Shown here piece after piece: positions 9,708-20,730 of a DNA stretch of 64,000 nt (position 1 is the stretch's first letter; every line of letters begins with the position of its first letter). Location: IMG/VR virus record IMGVR_UViG_3300042883_000874, positions 37,923 through 101,922 of that record; one strand, written 5' to 3'. The position numbers were made by a program, and so were the translations under genes. The notes under the pieces are model-generated. The model worked only from the letters and a program-made list of their open reading frames with translations, was not told the DNA's origin and searched no databases. This stretch comes from a virus.

Positions 9708-12700
9708 ATGGTATGTGATTTAAGTAAAAATAATTTAAAAGAGAATCTTGAAAATTATGTAAACCTTTTAATTGAAGGGCAACTTTTAAATGAAGAAAAG
9801 TTTAATTATAAAGATATAATTGATACTATTCAAAAAGATATAGCAGCTGCAAAAAATGACATTCAACAATCATTAGGTGTTGCATATCATGTGCCTCAAA
9901 TTATCTATGATACCATAAAGAATAATCCTGAACTTAGTGAAAAAGAACTTGTTAAAAGAGGTTATGATTCAACTCAGTTAATTAAAGACATAACTGCTTT
10001 AGAAGATGCTGAAGATAAAATGGCTGCTATCTCTACTTTATTAGGTATAGAGAATACAAGTATTGAAGAAATAGAAAAAGTAATAGCTCAGCAAGCTACA
10101 AATCCAGATAAGATTTATTTTAAAGTAGAAGGTTCAGAAGAGCTTGCAATAGATAATATTTTATCTGTTGATGGATATAATTTAACAACTCAACAAACAG
10201 CTGAAGAAGAAAAAGTAAATGGTAAAACTATCCCTAGTAGAACAGCAAGAGATGCAGATAAAGCATTCTATCAAGATGGTTTAGCTAAGATTTTACTAGC
10301 TAGAACAAGTGCTGACCAAGATTTTACAGAACTTGAATATGATGGTAAAACTGGTTTTAGAGGAAAAGTAATGTATGAAAAAAACATTCCAGGAAAAAAA
10401 AGAGCTGGTAGAGAAGACTGGTTACCTAGAAATGTAGTTATGCTTGTTTTAACTGATAATCAAGGTAATATTATGTACTTTGATGAAAATCATAAAATTG
10501 CTAATATTAATACAGGTAAACCTATTTACTTTGCATTAAAAACAGTAAGTGTTACTAATACTAAAAACATTAAAGCTAGTCTAGCTTCTAAATTTAAAAA
10601 CATAACTCCTGAACAAGAGCAAGAAATTAATGAAAAAGTTAAAAAAGATGCTGAAGCTCTTAATAAACTTAAAAAGAAATTAGAAGATACAGAATCAGTT
10701 TTAGTTAACTTAACTGGAGGGTCAGTTGGAGTTGCTCAAAAATTAGATATTTTAACAGAGAAAGAACAAAAAGAAGGAGGAGCTACCTTATCAGAATTTA
10801 ATCAAGATTCTTTTGACCCAAATATAGTATTTGTTAGAGAGGTATTAAAAGGTGTTACAAGAACTTTACCAGCAGTTAAGTTTTATACTGCAGAAAATTT
10901 AATAACATTAAAGAATTCAACAACTCTTGGTAATCAGGATCCTGAACTAATGGATCATCTTATAACTGTTCTTACTGAAGATATTGGATTAACTGATGTA
11001 GAAAAAGAACAATATGTTAGTCAGTTTATAAATCTTTATAGAGATGCTGCTGAATCTGATGCAAAACTTTTACCTTATGTTATTGGTATAAAAACTGATA
11101 ATAATAAAAAGCTTTATATTAATCTTAATAATGTAAGTGTGCCTTTAGAAAATAAAGAGGTATCTAAGCAAATGCTTAAAGACTTCTTTACTAATAGTGT
11201 ATATATTCATTTTAATAATAAACTTTATACAAAACAACAATACACTAAATACACTATTGAAGATACAGCTATTGGGTATAAGATAGTTTCTAAAAATGAA
11301 TTAGCTTATAAACCATTTATATTCAGCAAGTTTACACCTAGAGTTGTAAGAGATAAGAATACAGGTTTACCAATGGTTGTAAATGGTTATTTAAACTTTG
11401 AATCTGAGTTAACTCAAGCTGAAGTTAAACAACAAGTTGTTGAAACTAGAAATAATACTGTAGCTCAAAATATACCAATAACCAATACTGAAGCAGAAGA
11501 AGACTTGGATGATTTAAAATCTTCTAAGTTAATACAAAACTCTGCTACAGCTAAACAAGATGCTAGAGCTGAAAACTGGTGGAGAAATGAATCAGCATTG
11601 GCTAAAGAAGTGGATAGTGCTGGAAAACCTCTTTTTAGTCTATCCCTATTAAGAAATGTTGTAAACTCTGATGCATGGGCAAATTTTAGTAATTCAACTA
11701 TTACTTTATTTAAAGGAGCTAGTTTTACTCAAGTTTATCATGAGGCTTGGCATGCTTTTAGTCAAGTGTATTTAACTAAAGATGAAAGAACTGAGTTGTT
11801 ATACAAACCTGTATCAAAACTTCCAGGCAGTTTTAATGTTGTTAAGAAATTTGTAGAACCAGGTGGTGGTGTTTCTTATAGAATGGTTACTTTAAACTTT
11901 AAAGATCTTGATGTAAACAAGAGACAAGATAGATTATTAATAGAAGAATTTATAGCTGAAGAGTTTAGAAAGTATGCTATGAATAATGGTAAGTTTAAAA
12001 CTGACTCTAAAGCAAAGACTGCCTTAGGTAGAATCTTTGATAGAATATGGAAGGCTTTAAAAGCTCTAGTAGGAAATTCTGATGTATACTCTAACACAAG
12101 TTCAGAAGGTGTTTTAGGTGATATGTTTAATGCTTTATATTCAGCTAAGTCTCCTGAAGACTTATTACCATATTCAGCTAATCTAAAAAATGCTGAGTTT
12201 GGTTCATTAAATAGTGGAGGTATTGTAACAGACAATGCTGAAAATGACTTAAGTGTATCTGAAGCTTTACTATTAACTAGAACTATAGATGGTATATTAT
12301 CAGAATATGTAAATGAACAAGTAGGAAAAGGTCACTTTAGTGCAGTAACAAAAGTATTTTCAAGTAGAAAGTCACTTACTAATATTTATAATAGAGCAAA
12401 GAATAGACTTAATGATAAAATAATTCAGTTAACAGATGAGAGATCTAAGCTTGCACCTACTGATGAACAAGCATTAACTATCATTAATGATAAGATTAAC
12501 TTATTAACAAGAGCTGTTAGAGATGAAGTATTTGGAGATATTGGTAAAGCCTTAGCTGGTCAAACTGCTAATGTTTCAGTTGTTTCTTTTCATAAAAACA
12601 ACAGTACATTTAAAGATTTATTATCTACATTCAAACCTATAGTAGATGAAAAAGATAGTGATGACTATGAAGAGACCAGTGACACTGCTCAACAAGAGTT

Positions 12701-15700
12701 AGCTACAAGTCTTGATGCTTCTAGTAATGATGTTGCTTCAGAAAAATTAGCTGATGACTTAGTATTATATGTAATAAAAAGTTTAAATAAACAAACTAAA
12801 GATGGAGAGCCTGAACTAAATGAATTAGGTTTTCCTGAACCAATTGAGTTCTTACCTTTTTGGAGAGTCTTAATGGATAAAGCTTCTGGTGAAACTTCAC
12901 CATTAGGTTTATATAACAACCTTAAAAATGCATCAAAAGTATCTCCTTTGTTTACACAATTGTTAGGTAAGATATACTCGCAACAAACAGAAGAAGGTGA
13001 ATTACTTTCTCCATCTGACTCATTAACCAAAATGTTTAAAGAAGGTAGTGACATTGGAGCTTTGTGGATGAAGTTTGTACAGTCTACAAACTTACATAAA
13101 GTTGATATAGTTTCTACTGTTGTTCAAGAATATTCTAATAAACCAACTGATATAAGAGTTGGTAAAACAACTGCAGATTATTTAGGAATTGTAAATACTG
13201 ATTGGCCTTTAGCTTTTCAACAAAAAGAAATTGATAGTTTTACATATAAAAAAGATCAACTTAACTATATAGATTTAGAAGCTGTAGTTAATAGATATCT
13301 TATTAAAGGTGTAAACAATGAAAATAAAAATGTTTACAGTGTTTCAAAAGAAAACTATATTCCTTTCTTAAATAGTATTGGCTTATTCTTATCTGACATG
13401 TCAGAAATTAAAGATAGTCTTGTACCTAATGATATAGATTTTATTGCAGATGCTATTGGACAAACTCAAGATAGTAATGATTTAGCTACAAAAGACAAGG
13501 ATAAAGTAAATATTGATAACATTATTGTTTATTTAGGTAAAGCTAGAACATTAAGCAATGGTACAAAACTTCCTGCAAATGCTTTTGCTGTAAACAAGTT
13601 AGCTGAAACAGAAGCTTCTTATTCTACTGAATATGCAAACTCTATGAGATTTAATGCTGCTAAAAAGTTAAAGTCTTTATTTGCACTTAATAGTACTGAT
13701 ACTCAAAAAATAAATGGTCTTAAGAAAGCTAATGAACAAGGAGATTTATATTCAGATAATCCTGAACTTGTTCACATGAACTTTCTTAATCCTAAGAGTA
13801 ATCCTTTGACAAAAGGTTCAATCATACTAAAATCTTTATTTTCTAGTGTTACTGGTATTAAGATTAAAGATAATGATATTAACTACCGTGATCTTAGTGG
13901 TATTAGTTACATAGATGAAACTTATGCTAGTGATGGTGTTACAAGTGCTAAGATGGGCTTTTTAGATAAAGTGTTATCTGTATTTATTTCTACTCTTGGT
14001 GGAGGTTACATGGATGGAATTCAAGCTGGTGATAAAAGTTCAAACTTTGGAGTTAAGCTTAATGTTATTGATACCTATGATGAAAAAATAAACAAAGGTT
14101 TATATGTAGACACTGTAGCTTTTATGAAAGATGCTTCAGGTAGATCTATAATGGGATATAACCCAATGCAAAAAATATTAGATATGTTGTATCCTAAATT
14201 AGAGGGTGAGATAAGAAGAATTGCAATGGTTAAAGCTGATCCTGAATACTATAACAATATTACAGGATTTGAAAGAGGTACTGAATTTGATATTTTTGAT
14301 GAGATACTTGATGGTTCTCCTGGTCTTAAAGAGGCTTTAAAGTCTGAAGAACTATTTGAAAGTTTAAATAAAGTAGGTGATTTATATATTGTATTAAATG
14401 ATAATCCTGCATTAAAAAAACAACTTAATGATAATATTATTAAATTCTTTGATAAACTAGAAGAGAGTTATAATAAAGATTTATTTGATCCAATTTTTGG
14501 AGTTGATCAACCTTTACCTGCAATATTAAAAGAACTTATATTAAAAGACTTAGTTAATAATACTAAAGAAAAAAATAATATTTATGGGGCTACTCCTGAA
14601 GATGTAGATTTAAATATTAAAAAAGCAGCTATAAAGTCTTATATGTTTAATAACTTTATACATAAGACTGAAACTACTTTATTATTACAAGGAGATGGCT
14701 TCCAATTTGATCATACTAAAGATGATATGACTAAGAGAGGTCCTGGTTCTCAATCTGGTGGTACTATATTTCCTGTTGATCTATTGACTAAGATCTTTAT
14801 TGATGCTAAAGTAGGAAGACCTTATGAACAAAAACTTATAGCTGATAAGATTATTGCAGAAAAAGAAGTAAGAACTTATGGGCCTACTCTTAATTCAGCA
14901 ATTATACAAGAAAGTGAAGTTACTTCAGTTTACTTTAATATGTACAGAGATTTATTTAAAAGAGACTATATAGATAAAGGATTAACTGATGAAGATGAAA
15001 TTAATGCAGCTTTATATGGTGTAGATCCTGACACAGGTGAGATAGGTAATGCTGAAGTTGATGCAGAAGGTAATTACAGTAATGTATTTAAAGGAGGTAA
15101 AATGAAAGCCTTTATTAACATTCAAGATGCGGATGGTCAAGCTTTAATTACTTTTGATACTTATAGAATACTTAGACAAGCTGAAGGTAATTGGTCAAAT
15201 GAACAAGAAGCTTTGTACTTTAAAGTTATAAATGGAGAAACAATTACTGCTACTGAGTTAACTAACATGTTTCCTGTATATAAATTACAATACGATGGAC
15301 CACTTGCTACAGAAGTTGGTAGATTTCCTATACAAGCTTTTCATAAGTATTCATTATTCCCATTAATACCAAGTGTTATTAAAGACTTCCCTGCTAATGA
15401 TGTACATAAAGCAATGATTTCTCAAAACATTGACTATATTACATTTACATCTGGTTCTAAAAGATCATCTATTAAGTCTAGTCCTGAAAGTAAGGGAGAT
15501 TCTATATATGAAGGAGATACAAGTAATCTTAAAGCTGACTTTACTTTTACACCTAATACTATTTATATTGCTTACTTAAAGAACCAAACCTCAGTTAATA
15601 CTTACTTTAAACAACAATCTACATTCTCTACTCAGTTACGTAAGTTAATAACTAGTTTATTGTATGCTTATGGTGTACCAACAGATTATATTAAAGCTAA

Positions 15701-18700
15701 TAACTTTAACAGTCCTGAAGAGGCACAAACAGCTTGGGATAAAGTTAAATACAAAAGACTTGAAAGTAAATTTCATGATTATACTGAAGAATTCAAGGAG
15801 AGTATTGATGATTATGTAAAGTTTAAGAAAGAAGAATTACTTGAAGAACTAGGCTGGACAGAAGATGATTTATATGCTGAAAAAGTAGATGATGCAAAAA
15901 TTAAATCAATGCTTGTAGTTTTAAATAAAGAATTTAAAAGACAAGGCTTTAGTGCACATGAAAGAGAATTATTAGAATCATCATCTAATATTGACAAGTT
16001 AGACTTAAGTGTTAGTCCTTTAGCAGCTAGATTTGAAAGAATGATTATGGCTATGGTTAATAACAGATTAGTTAAGACCAAGTTAAAAGGTGAACCTTTA
16101 GTTGAGGTATCATCAGCTTTCATGCAAAATACTAAACTTAGAAATGCTACTGCAGAAGAAAAAGCTAAATATAAAGATGATTTTGCAACTAATGGTTTAA
16201 AACCTTATGCTGTTGATGGTATAAATAACAGTATAGGCTTTATGTTCAAAAGAGCCTTAGGTAAGATGGATGAAAATTTATTTCAAACTGATTACTTTAT
16301 TCTTAATGAAGCTGGTGAATATGTAAATTCAGGACAGCCTATTGCTATATATAAAGATGAAGATCAAGAAGAACTTGACTTTGATGCTAGTTTCATTAGA
16401 TTAAATGAAATGCTTAGAGTTGATGCCTGGAGAGCTAATGATGAGAATAATAAAAAGTTAAGACTTACAGGTGTAAGGATTCCAGTACAAGGTCATAACT
16501 CTATGGAGTTTGGTGAAGTAGCTGAGTTCTTAAGACCAGAGGCTGGACCAATTATCATTATTCCTGCTGAGATTGTAGCTAAATCAGGTACTGACTTTGA
16601 CGTTGATAAGATGACTACCTACATGCCATTTCTTACTAGAAGTGGTAAGTTAATGAGGAAGTATGATAAAGAAGGAATTGAAGCAGAAAGAAAAGAGTTA
16701 GAACAAAAGTTTGAAGATTTAAAAATTACTAAAGGAGCTATTGAAATACTTAAAAATAAAAAACAAGCTCAATGGTTAGATATTAATCTTAAACTTAATG
16801 ACTTTAGAAAAGCTGTTAGCATAAGAGCTAGAGGTTTAAATATTGATGCTGATTTATTAAATTCACTTACAAGTTCTAAAAGTAAAGAGATCATAAAAAT
16901 TATGAGTGATCCAAATGTAGAAAATCTTGTAAAAGAATTCTTTCCTAAAGCTAGTCTTATTTACAACTACTCAATAAAAGGAATTACTTTAGAAGATGTT
17001 GATGCTGTTGATGGAGCTTTAAGATCATTATATAAAAATAAATCTGAACTTAGTAAAGTATATACTGAACTTTCTGATCTTAATGATAATGAAAATAACT
17101 TAGGAGGTGGTCTTCAAAATAAACTAATTCAAGATATGGTTAATATTCTTGAGTTACCTGAACTAGCTGCTTCATTAATGTCTCCAAATGATACTAACTT
17201 AGTTAAGCCTTATGCTGATAAGATAAAAGGTTATATACAAGAAGCTGATAATGAGACTGACTTTACCAAATCTCTAATGACTGGTAATAAAATGTACAAG
17301 AAAGGAATCAGTACTACAAAAATATATACTGAAACTTATAATATTAAAAAGCATCAAGAAAACTTTAGTAGTAAAGACTCATTAGGTATTGCTGCTGTAG
17401 ATAACTACATCAATAACTTGCTTAATATGGCAGGAGCTAAGATGCAAAAATCTGTAAATGTTACAGCAAAAGTAGCTGAAACTAAAAGATCTTTCAATAA
17501 AAAAACAAATAAATGGGATACAAAAACTGTATGGGCTAATCAAGTTGTAGAAATTCCTTTAGATTTAAATCTTGCTCATAACAAACTTGATGGTGCTATA
17601 TCCTTATCTCACATCATGGATAAAGAAGGTAAGAATTCTATTGCTGATATTATCAATCAGATGATGAATGGTTTTGTGGATGCTGGTAAAGATGCTTGGG
17701 TTGCTTACTTACAAGGTAATCCTGAAGTTGTACCTAAGTTCTTATTCTTATTAGAGGCTGGTGTTCCTATTGAAACTATAGCATACTTTGTATCTAATCC
17801 AATGACTAGACAGTATGTTAAAGACAAAGCTAAGGCTAAAGCTACTTTATCAAAGTTGTTTAATTTTGGTACTCAGTATGATGTAGCTCCTAATATGTTA
17901 AAGACTATTTCAGAATATTTACCAGAAGCTGAAGCTGAAATTCTCTCTAAAAATGGTTATAAGGACTTGCCAAAAGATAGTATTTATAATATTACAACAG
18001 CTTTAAACTATTTTAAGAAACCTGAAACTTTCACTAAAGAAACTCTTGAAGGATTAGTAAAATCAAAGTTAAACTATAAAGATCCTAATCAAATAGCTGC
18101 ATTCTTAGAGTACTTGTATGTAGAAAAAATTATTGAGGATTATGATGCAATGAAAAAAGCAATGAATCCTGATACTAAACCTAGTGGTGATCAATACTCA
18201 GCTCAAGCAAAAATTGAAGAAGTTGCTGGTCTTGCAAATACACCAACTTTAGATCCTGGTCCAATACAAAAACTATCTACAGATAGTATTATATCTCCAT
18301 ATTTTATACAAGATTTTGCTAGAAGATTGTTTAGTAGATTATTTAAGTTAAGAGATGATGCTCAGTTAAATAACTTTCTTATTAAAACTTTTAAAAATAG
18401 AACTGCTATGTCTCAAGCAAAAAAAGCTACAGGATATGACAGTGAAACTTATATTACTAAGTTTAAAAACTTTATTTCTCAGTACATTTTTGCTAATGAG
18501 TTAAGAGTTTATAAATCTGGAGATACTGAATATAAAAATGAAGTTATTAATCCTAAGTTTTTAGAACAACTTAATCAGGATTTTGATGCTGGTTTATACT
18601 TAGCTACTAGTACTGATGAAAACTCTTATAAGAATAGAGGTTTAACTCCTATTAATGGTAAAGCATTTCCAAGATTAGTAAAAATGGGGAAAGATCAACA

Positions 18701-20729
18701 AATGTATTTTGTACCTAATGAAAAACTAAGAACTGATTTTATTGAGTTTGGGTTAGAGAGAGAATACTTAAGAAAGAGAACTACTCTTGCTGATGTTATT
18801 GATACAAATGAGTTTCTTACCAGAAGAAAAAGATTAAAAGATTCAGGTTCTTTAGAGTATAAACAAACAGATGAAGAAACTAATGAAGAATATGTTAATA
18901 GATTAAATAATCTTACCTATGAAGATATGTTAGCTAATAAAGCTTTAACTAATACTTACAACATATGGCAGTTATTTAGATCTGGAGACAATACTATAGC
19001 TAGAGAGTTGATGGATATCATTACAAACTATCCTGAGATGAGTGATCTTACTAAATACTCTATGTTAAAACAGTTTATGCCTCAAGGTATACCTAACATA
19101 GCTGCTTATAGAGATGTGTTAAACTTCCAATTAAAAAATTATGAGAATCTTGATGAAGGTTTAATTAGTGAATACTATACCCAATGGAATAATTTATCTA
19201 ATGTTGGTGAACCTAAATTAACTAGTAAAAAATACAGTGATGGTAAAGCTAATGCTTACATAAGTAAGTTTTTTGAGAATCTTCCTATCTATGCTTTCTT
19301 ACAATCAGGTATGGATTCAAGTAAGTTCTCTTTATCTAGTATGATGCCTTATGAAAAGTATCAAGAAATAATGGAAAAAGCTTCTGAGAAGTTTCTTAAA
19401 AAGATTGAAACAACTGATCCTGATACAATTTTTGGTGGTTTAAAGAAACTGTTTGAAATGGAGAATAGTGCATCTCAAGGAAAATTAAGAAACAGAGGAG
19501 CTAATTTAAAAGTTGATATTTCTAACTTACCTGATGCTGAAAATAACATCTATGAACAACCATTCATTAAGCCAGTAACAGGAGATACTGAAATTCCTAC
19601 AGGAATATTTAATATAACTAGTACTTATGTTCAGAATGGTAGAGAGTATCCAGTTACTAAGGATAGGGTTGAAAAATTAATAAAAGCAAACCCTAATGTT
19701 ATATTCTTACTTTCTCCAGCTGACTTACACAAGGTTGGTAAGGACTTAACTCCTGAAGAAATTAAAGCTGCTCAAAAAAATATTGATATTGCTATTGACA
19801 GAATATTAAGTCAAGGTAATGATGTAGTAATATTTGCTGAAGGCTTTGGAGATTCTCCTAAGAACTTCTTCAGTACTAGTACTGACATGAGTACTAAACC
19901 AGTAATTAGTCCAGTTGTAACTGAAAAGAGTACAACTACTCAACAATCTGCTGAAGAAAAAGAAGTTGATAGACTTAGAGCAAAAGAAAAAGCAGCGTAT
20001 GCTGCTATGACTAACCCAGCAGATCAAGAAAAGAGAAAAGAAATTTATCTTAAGTATGATAAGTTACTTACTCCTTTAATGAAAAAGATTGATGCTACTC
20101 AACCATCTAGTAGTGTTATACCTAAAGGTTTTAAACTTTCTATAGATAAAAAAGGTAAAGATCAAGGTAAAGCTAATTTAGCAAATGCTTTTATTTCTTA
20201 TCCTAATTCTGGAACATCAAGTTATGCTTATTTACAAGATGCTAAAAAACAAGGTATTCCTGTTAATGATGAAATTAAAGTTGGCCCACAAGTAATAGCT
20301 TTTGTTTCTGTAAATGGTAATAATAAAGCTACAGATAAACAGATAGAAGATACTTATTTACAAGCTAGAGAAATAATTGAAGCAGGTGGTACTATTATAA
20401 TGGACTCAACTTCTGATGCTAATAGATCATGGAATAAACAAGGAGAAGCTTTAGTACAAGCTGAATTAGGAGTTCCAACAGGTCAAACTTCTAAAGGGTA
20501 TAACTATTGGGGAATTAATCCTGAAAGTACTACTCAACCATCTACTGAAGCATTAGACTTTAAAACTATGCCTGAATTTACAATAGATAGAAAGAGAGAA
20601 ATTTTAACTAACTTAGCAGCCAAACATGGTGTAACTCAACAAGAAGCTTATGAGTATATCAATGAAGCTTTGAATGATAAAACTAAGAACCCTGTTACTA
20701 TAATTAATAAACTAAAAGAATGTTACTAA
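9708..20729 (+). CDS. Virion-packaged crAss-like two-barrel RNA polymerase (3673 aa) with zincin metallopeptidase domain
   Basis: RIPVQGHNS...AKSGTDFDVDK catalytic motif (DFDVD 16593-16607); DADGQ motif; HEAWH (11739-11753) with downstream EEFIAEEF. Confidence 0.9.
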   Translation: MVCDLSKNNLKENLENYVNLLIEGQLLNEEKFNYKDIIDTIQKDIAAAKNDIQQSLGVAYHVPQIIYDTIKNNPELSEKELVKRGYDSTQLIKDITALEDAEDKMAAISTLLGIENTSIEEIEKVIAQQATNPDKIYFKVEGSEELAIDNILSVDGYNLTTQQTAEEEKVNGKTIPSRTARDADKAFYQDGLAKILLARTSADQDFTELEYDGKTGFRGKVMYEKNIPGKKRAGREDWLPRNVVMLVLTDNQGNIMYFDENHKIANINTGKPIYFALKTVSVTNTKNIKASLASKFKNITPEQEQEINEKVKKDAEALNKLKKKLEDTESVLVNLTGGSVGVAQKLDILTEKEQKEGGATLSEFNQDSFDPNIVFVREVLKGVTRTLPAVKFYTAENLITLKNSTTLGNQDPELMDHLITVLTEDIGLTDVEKEQYVSQFINLYRDAAESDAKLLPYVIGIKTDNNKKLYINLNNVSVPLENKEVSKQMLKDFFTNSVYIHFNNKLYTKQQYTKYTIEDTAIGYKIVSKNELAYKPFIFSKFTPRVVRDKNTGLPMVVNGYLNFESELTQAEVKQQVVETRNNTVAQNIPITNTEAEEDLDDLKSSKLIQNSATAKQDARAENWWRNESALAKEVDSAGKPLFSLSLLRNVVNSDAWANFSNSTITLFKGASFTQVYHEAWHAFSQVYLTKDERTELLYKPVSKLPGSFNVVKKFVEPGGGVSYRMVTLNFKDLDVNKRQDRLLIEEFIAEEFRKYAMNNGKFKTDSKAKTALGRIFDRIWKALKALVGNSDVYSNTSSEGVLGDMFNALYSAKSPEDLLPYSANLKNAEFGSLNSGGIVTDNAENDLSVSEALLLTRTIDGILSEYVNEQVGKGHFSAVTKVFSSRKSLTNIYNRAKNRLNDKIIQLTDERSKLAPTDEQALTIINDKINLLTRAVRDEVFGDIGKALAGQTANVSVVSFHKNNSTFKDLLSTFKPIVDEKDSDDYEETSDTAQQELATSLDASSNDVASEKLADDLVLYVIKSLNKQTKDGEPELNELGFPEPIEFLPFWRVLMDKASGETSPLGLYNNLKNASKVSPLFTQLLGKIYSQQTEEGELLSPSDSLTKMFKEGSDIGALWMKFVQSTNLHKVDIVSTVVQEYSNKPTDIRVGKTTADYLGIVNTDWPLAFQQKEIDSFTYKKDQLNYIDLEAVVNRYLIKGVNNENKNVYSVSKENYIPFLNSIGLFLSDMSEIKDSLVPNDIDFIADAIGQTQDSNDLATKDKDKVNIDNIIVYLGKARTLSNGTKLPANAFAVNKLAETEASYSTEYANSMRFNAAKKLKSLFALNSTDTQKINGLKKANEQGDLYSDNPELVHMNFLNPKSNPLTKGSIILKSLFSSVTGIKIKDNDINYRDLSGISYIDETYASDGVTSAKMGFLDKVLSVFISTLGGGYMDGIQAGDKSSNFGVKLNVIDTYDEKINKGLYVDTVAFMKDASGRSIMGYNPMQKILDMLYPKLEGEIRRIAMVKADPEYYNNITGFERGTEFDIFDEILDGSPGLKEALKSEELFESLNKVGDLYIVLNDNPALKKQLNDNIIKFFDKLEESYNKDLFDPIFGVDQPLPAILKELILKDLVNNTKEKNNIYGATPEDVDLNIKKAAIKSYMFNNFIHKTETTLLLQGDGFQFDHTKDDMTKRGPGSQSGGTIFPVDLLTKIFIDAKVGRPYEQKLIADKIIAEKEVRTYGPTLNSAIIQESEVTSVYFNMYRDLFKRDYIDKGLTDEDEINAALYGVDPDTGEIGNAEVDAEGNYSNVFKGGKMKAFINIQDADGQALITFDTYRILRQAEGNWSNEQEALYFKVINGETITATELTNMFPVYKLQYDGPLATEVGRFPIQAFHKYSLFPLIPSVIKDFPANDVHKAMISQNIDYITFTSGSKRSSIKSSPESKGDSIYEGDTSNLKADFTFTPNTIYIAYLKNQTSVNTYFKQQSTFSTQLRKLITSLLYAYGVPTDYIKANNFNSPEEAQTAWDKVKYKRLESKFHDYTEEFKESIDDYVKFKKEELLEELGWTEDDLYAEKVDDAKIKSMLVVLNKEFKRQGFSAHERELLESSSNIDKLDLSVSPLAARFERMIMAMVNNRLVKTKLKGEPLVEVSSAFMQNTKLRNATAEEKAKYKDDFATNGLKPYAVDGINNSIGFMFKRALGKMDENLFQTDYFILNEAGEYVNSGQPIAIYKDEDQEELDFDASFIRLNEMLRVDAWRANDENNKKLRLTGVRIPVQGHNSMEFGEVAEFLRPEAGPIIIIPAEIVAKSGTDFDVDKMTTYMPFLTRSGKLMRKYDKEGIEAERKELEQKFEDLKITKGAIEILKNKKQAQWLDINLKLNDFRKAVSIRARGLNIDADLLNSLTSSKSKEIIKIMSDPNVENLVKEFFPKASLIYNYSIKGITLEDVDAVDGALRSLYKNKSELSKVYTELSDLNDNENNLGGGLQNKLIQDMVNILELPELAASLMSPNDTNLVKPYADKIKGYIQEADNETDFTKSLMTGNKMYKKGISTTKIYTETYNIKKHQENFSSKDSLGIAAVDNYINNLLNMAGAKMQKSVNVTAKVAETKRSFNKKTNKWDTKTVWANQVVEIPLDLNLAHNKLDGAISLSHIMDKEGKNSIADIINQMMNGFVDAGKDAWVAYLQGNPEVVPKFLFLLEAGVPIETIAYFVSNPMTRQYVKDKAKAKATLSKLFNFGTQYDVAPNMLKTISEYLPEAEAEILSKNGYKDLPKDSIYNITTALNYFKKPETFTKETLEGLVKSKLNYKDPNQIAAFLEYLYVEKIIEDYDAMKKAMNPDTKPSGDQYSAQAKIEEVAGLANTPTLDPGPIQKLSTDSIISPYFIQDFARRLFSRLFKLRDDAQLNNFLIKTFKNRTAMSQAKKATGYDSETYITKFKNFISQYIFANELRVYKSGDTEYKNEVINPKFLEQLNQDFDAGLYLATSTDENSYKNRGLTPINGKAFPRLVKMGKDQQMYFVPNEKLRTDFIEFGLEREYLRKRTTLADVIDTNEFLTRRKRLKDSGSLEYKQTDEETNEEYVNRLNNLTYEDMLANKALTNTYNIWQLFRSGDNTIARELMDIITNYPEMSDLTKYSMLKQFMPQGIPNIAAYRDVLNFQLKNYENLDEGLISEYYTQWNNLSNVGEPKLTSKKYSDGKANAYISKFFENLPIYAFLQSGMDSSKFSLSSMMPYEKYQEIMEKASEKFLKKIETTDPDTIFGGLKKLFEMENSASQGKLRNRGANLKVDISNLPDAENNIYEQPFIKPVTGDTEIPTGIFNITSTYVQNGREYPVTKDRVEKLIKANPNVIFLLSPADLHKVGKDLTPEEIKAAQKNIDIAIDRILSQGNDVVIFAEGFGDSPKNFFSTSTDMSTKPVISPVVTEKSTTTQQSAEEKEVDRLRAKEKAAYAAMTNPADQEKRKEIYLKYDKLLTPLMKKIDATQPSSSVIPKGFKLSIDKKGKDQGKANLANAFISYPNSGTSSYAYLQDAKKQGIPVNDEIKVGPQVIAFVSVNGNNKATDKQIEDTYLQAREIIEAGGTIIMDSTSDANRSWNKQGEALVQAELGVPTGQTSKGYNYWGINPESTTQPSTEALDFKTMPEFTIDRKREILTNLAAKHGVTQQEAYEYINEALNDKTKNPVTIINKLKECY

Positions 20730-20730
20730 T

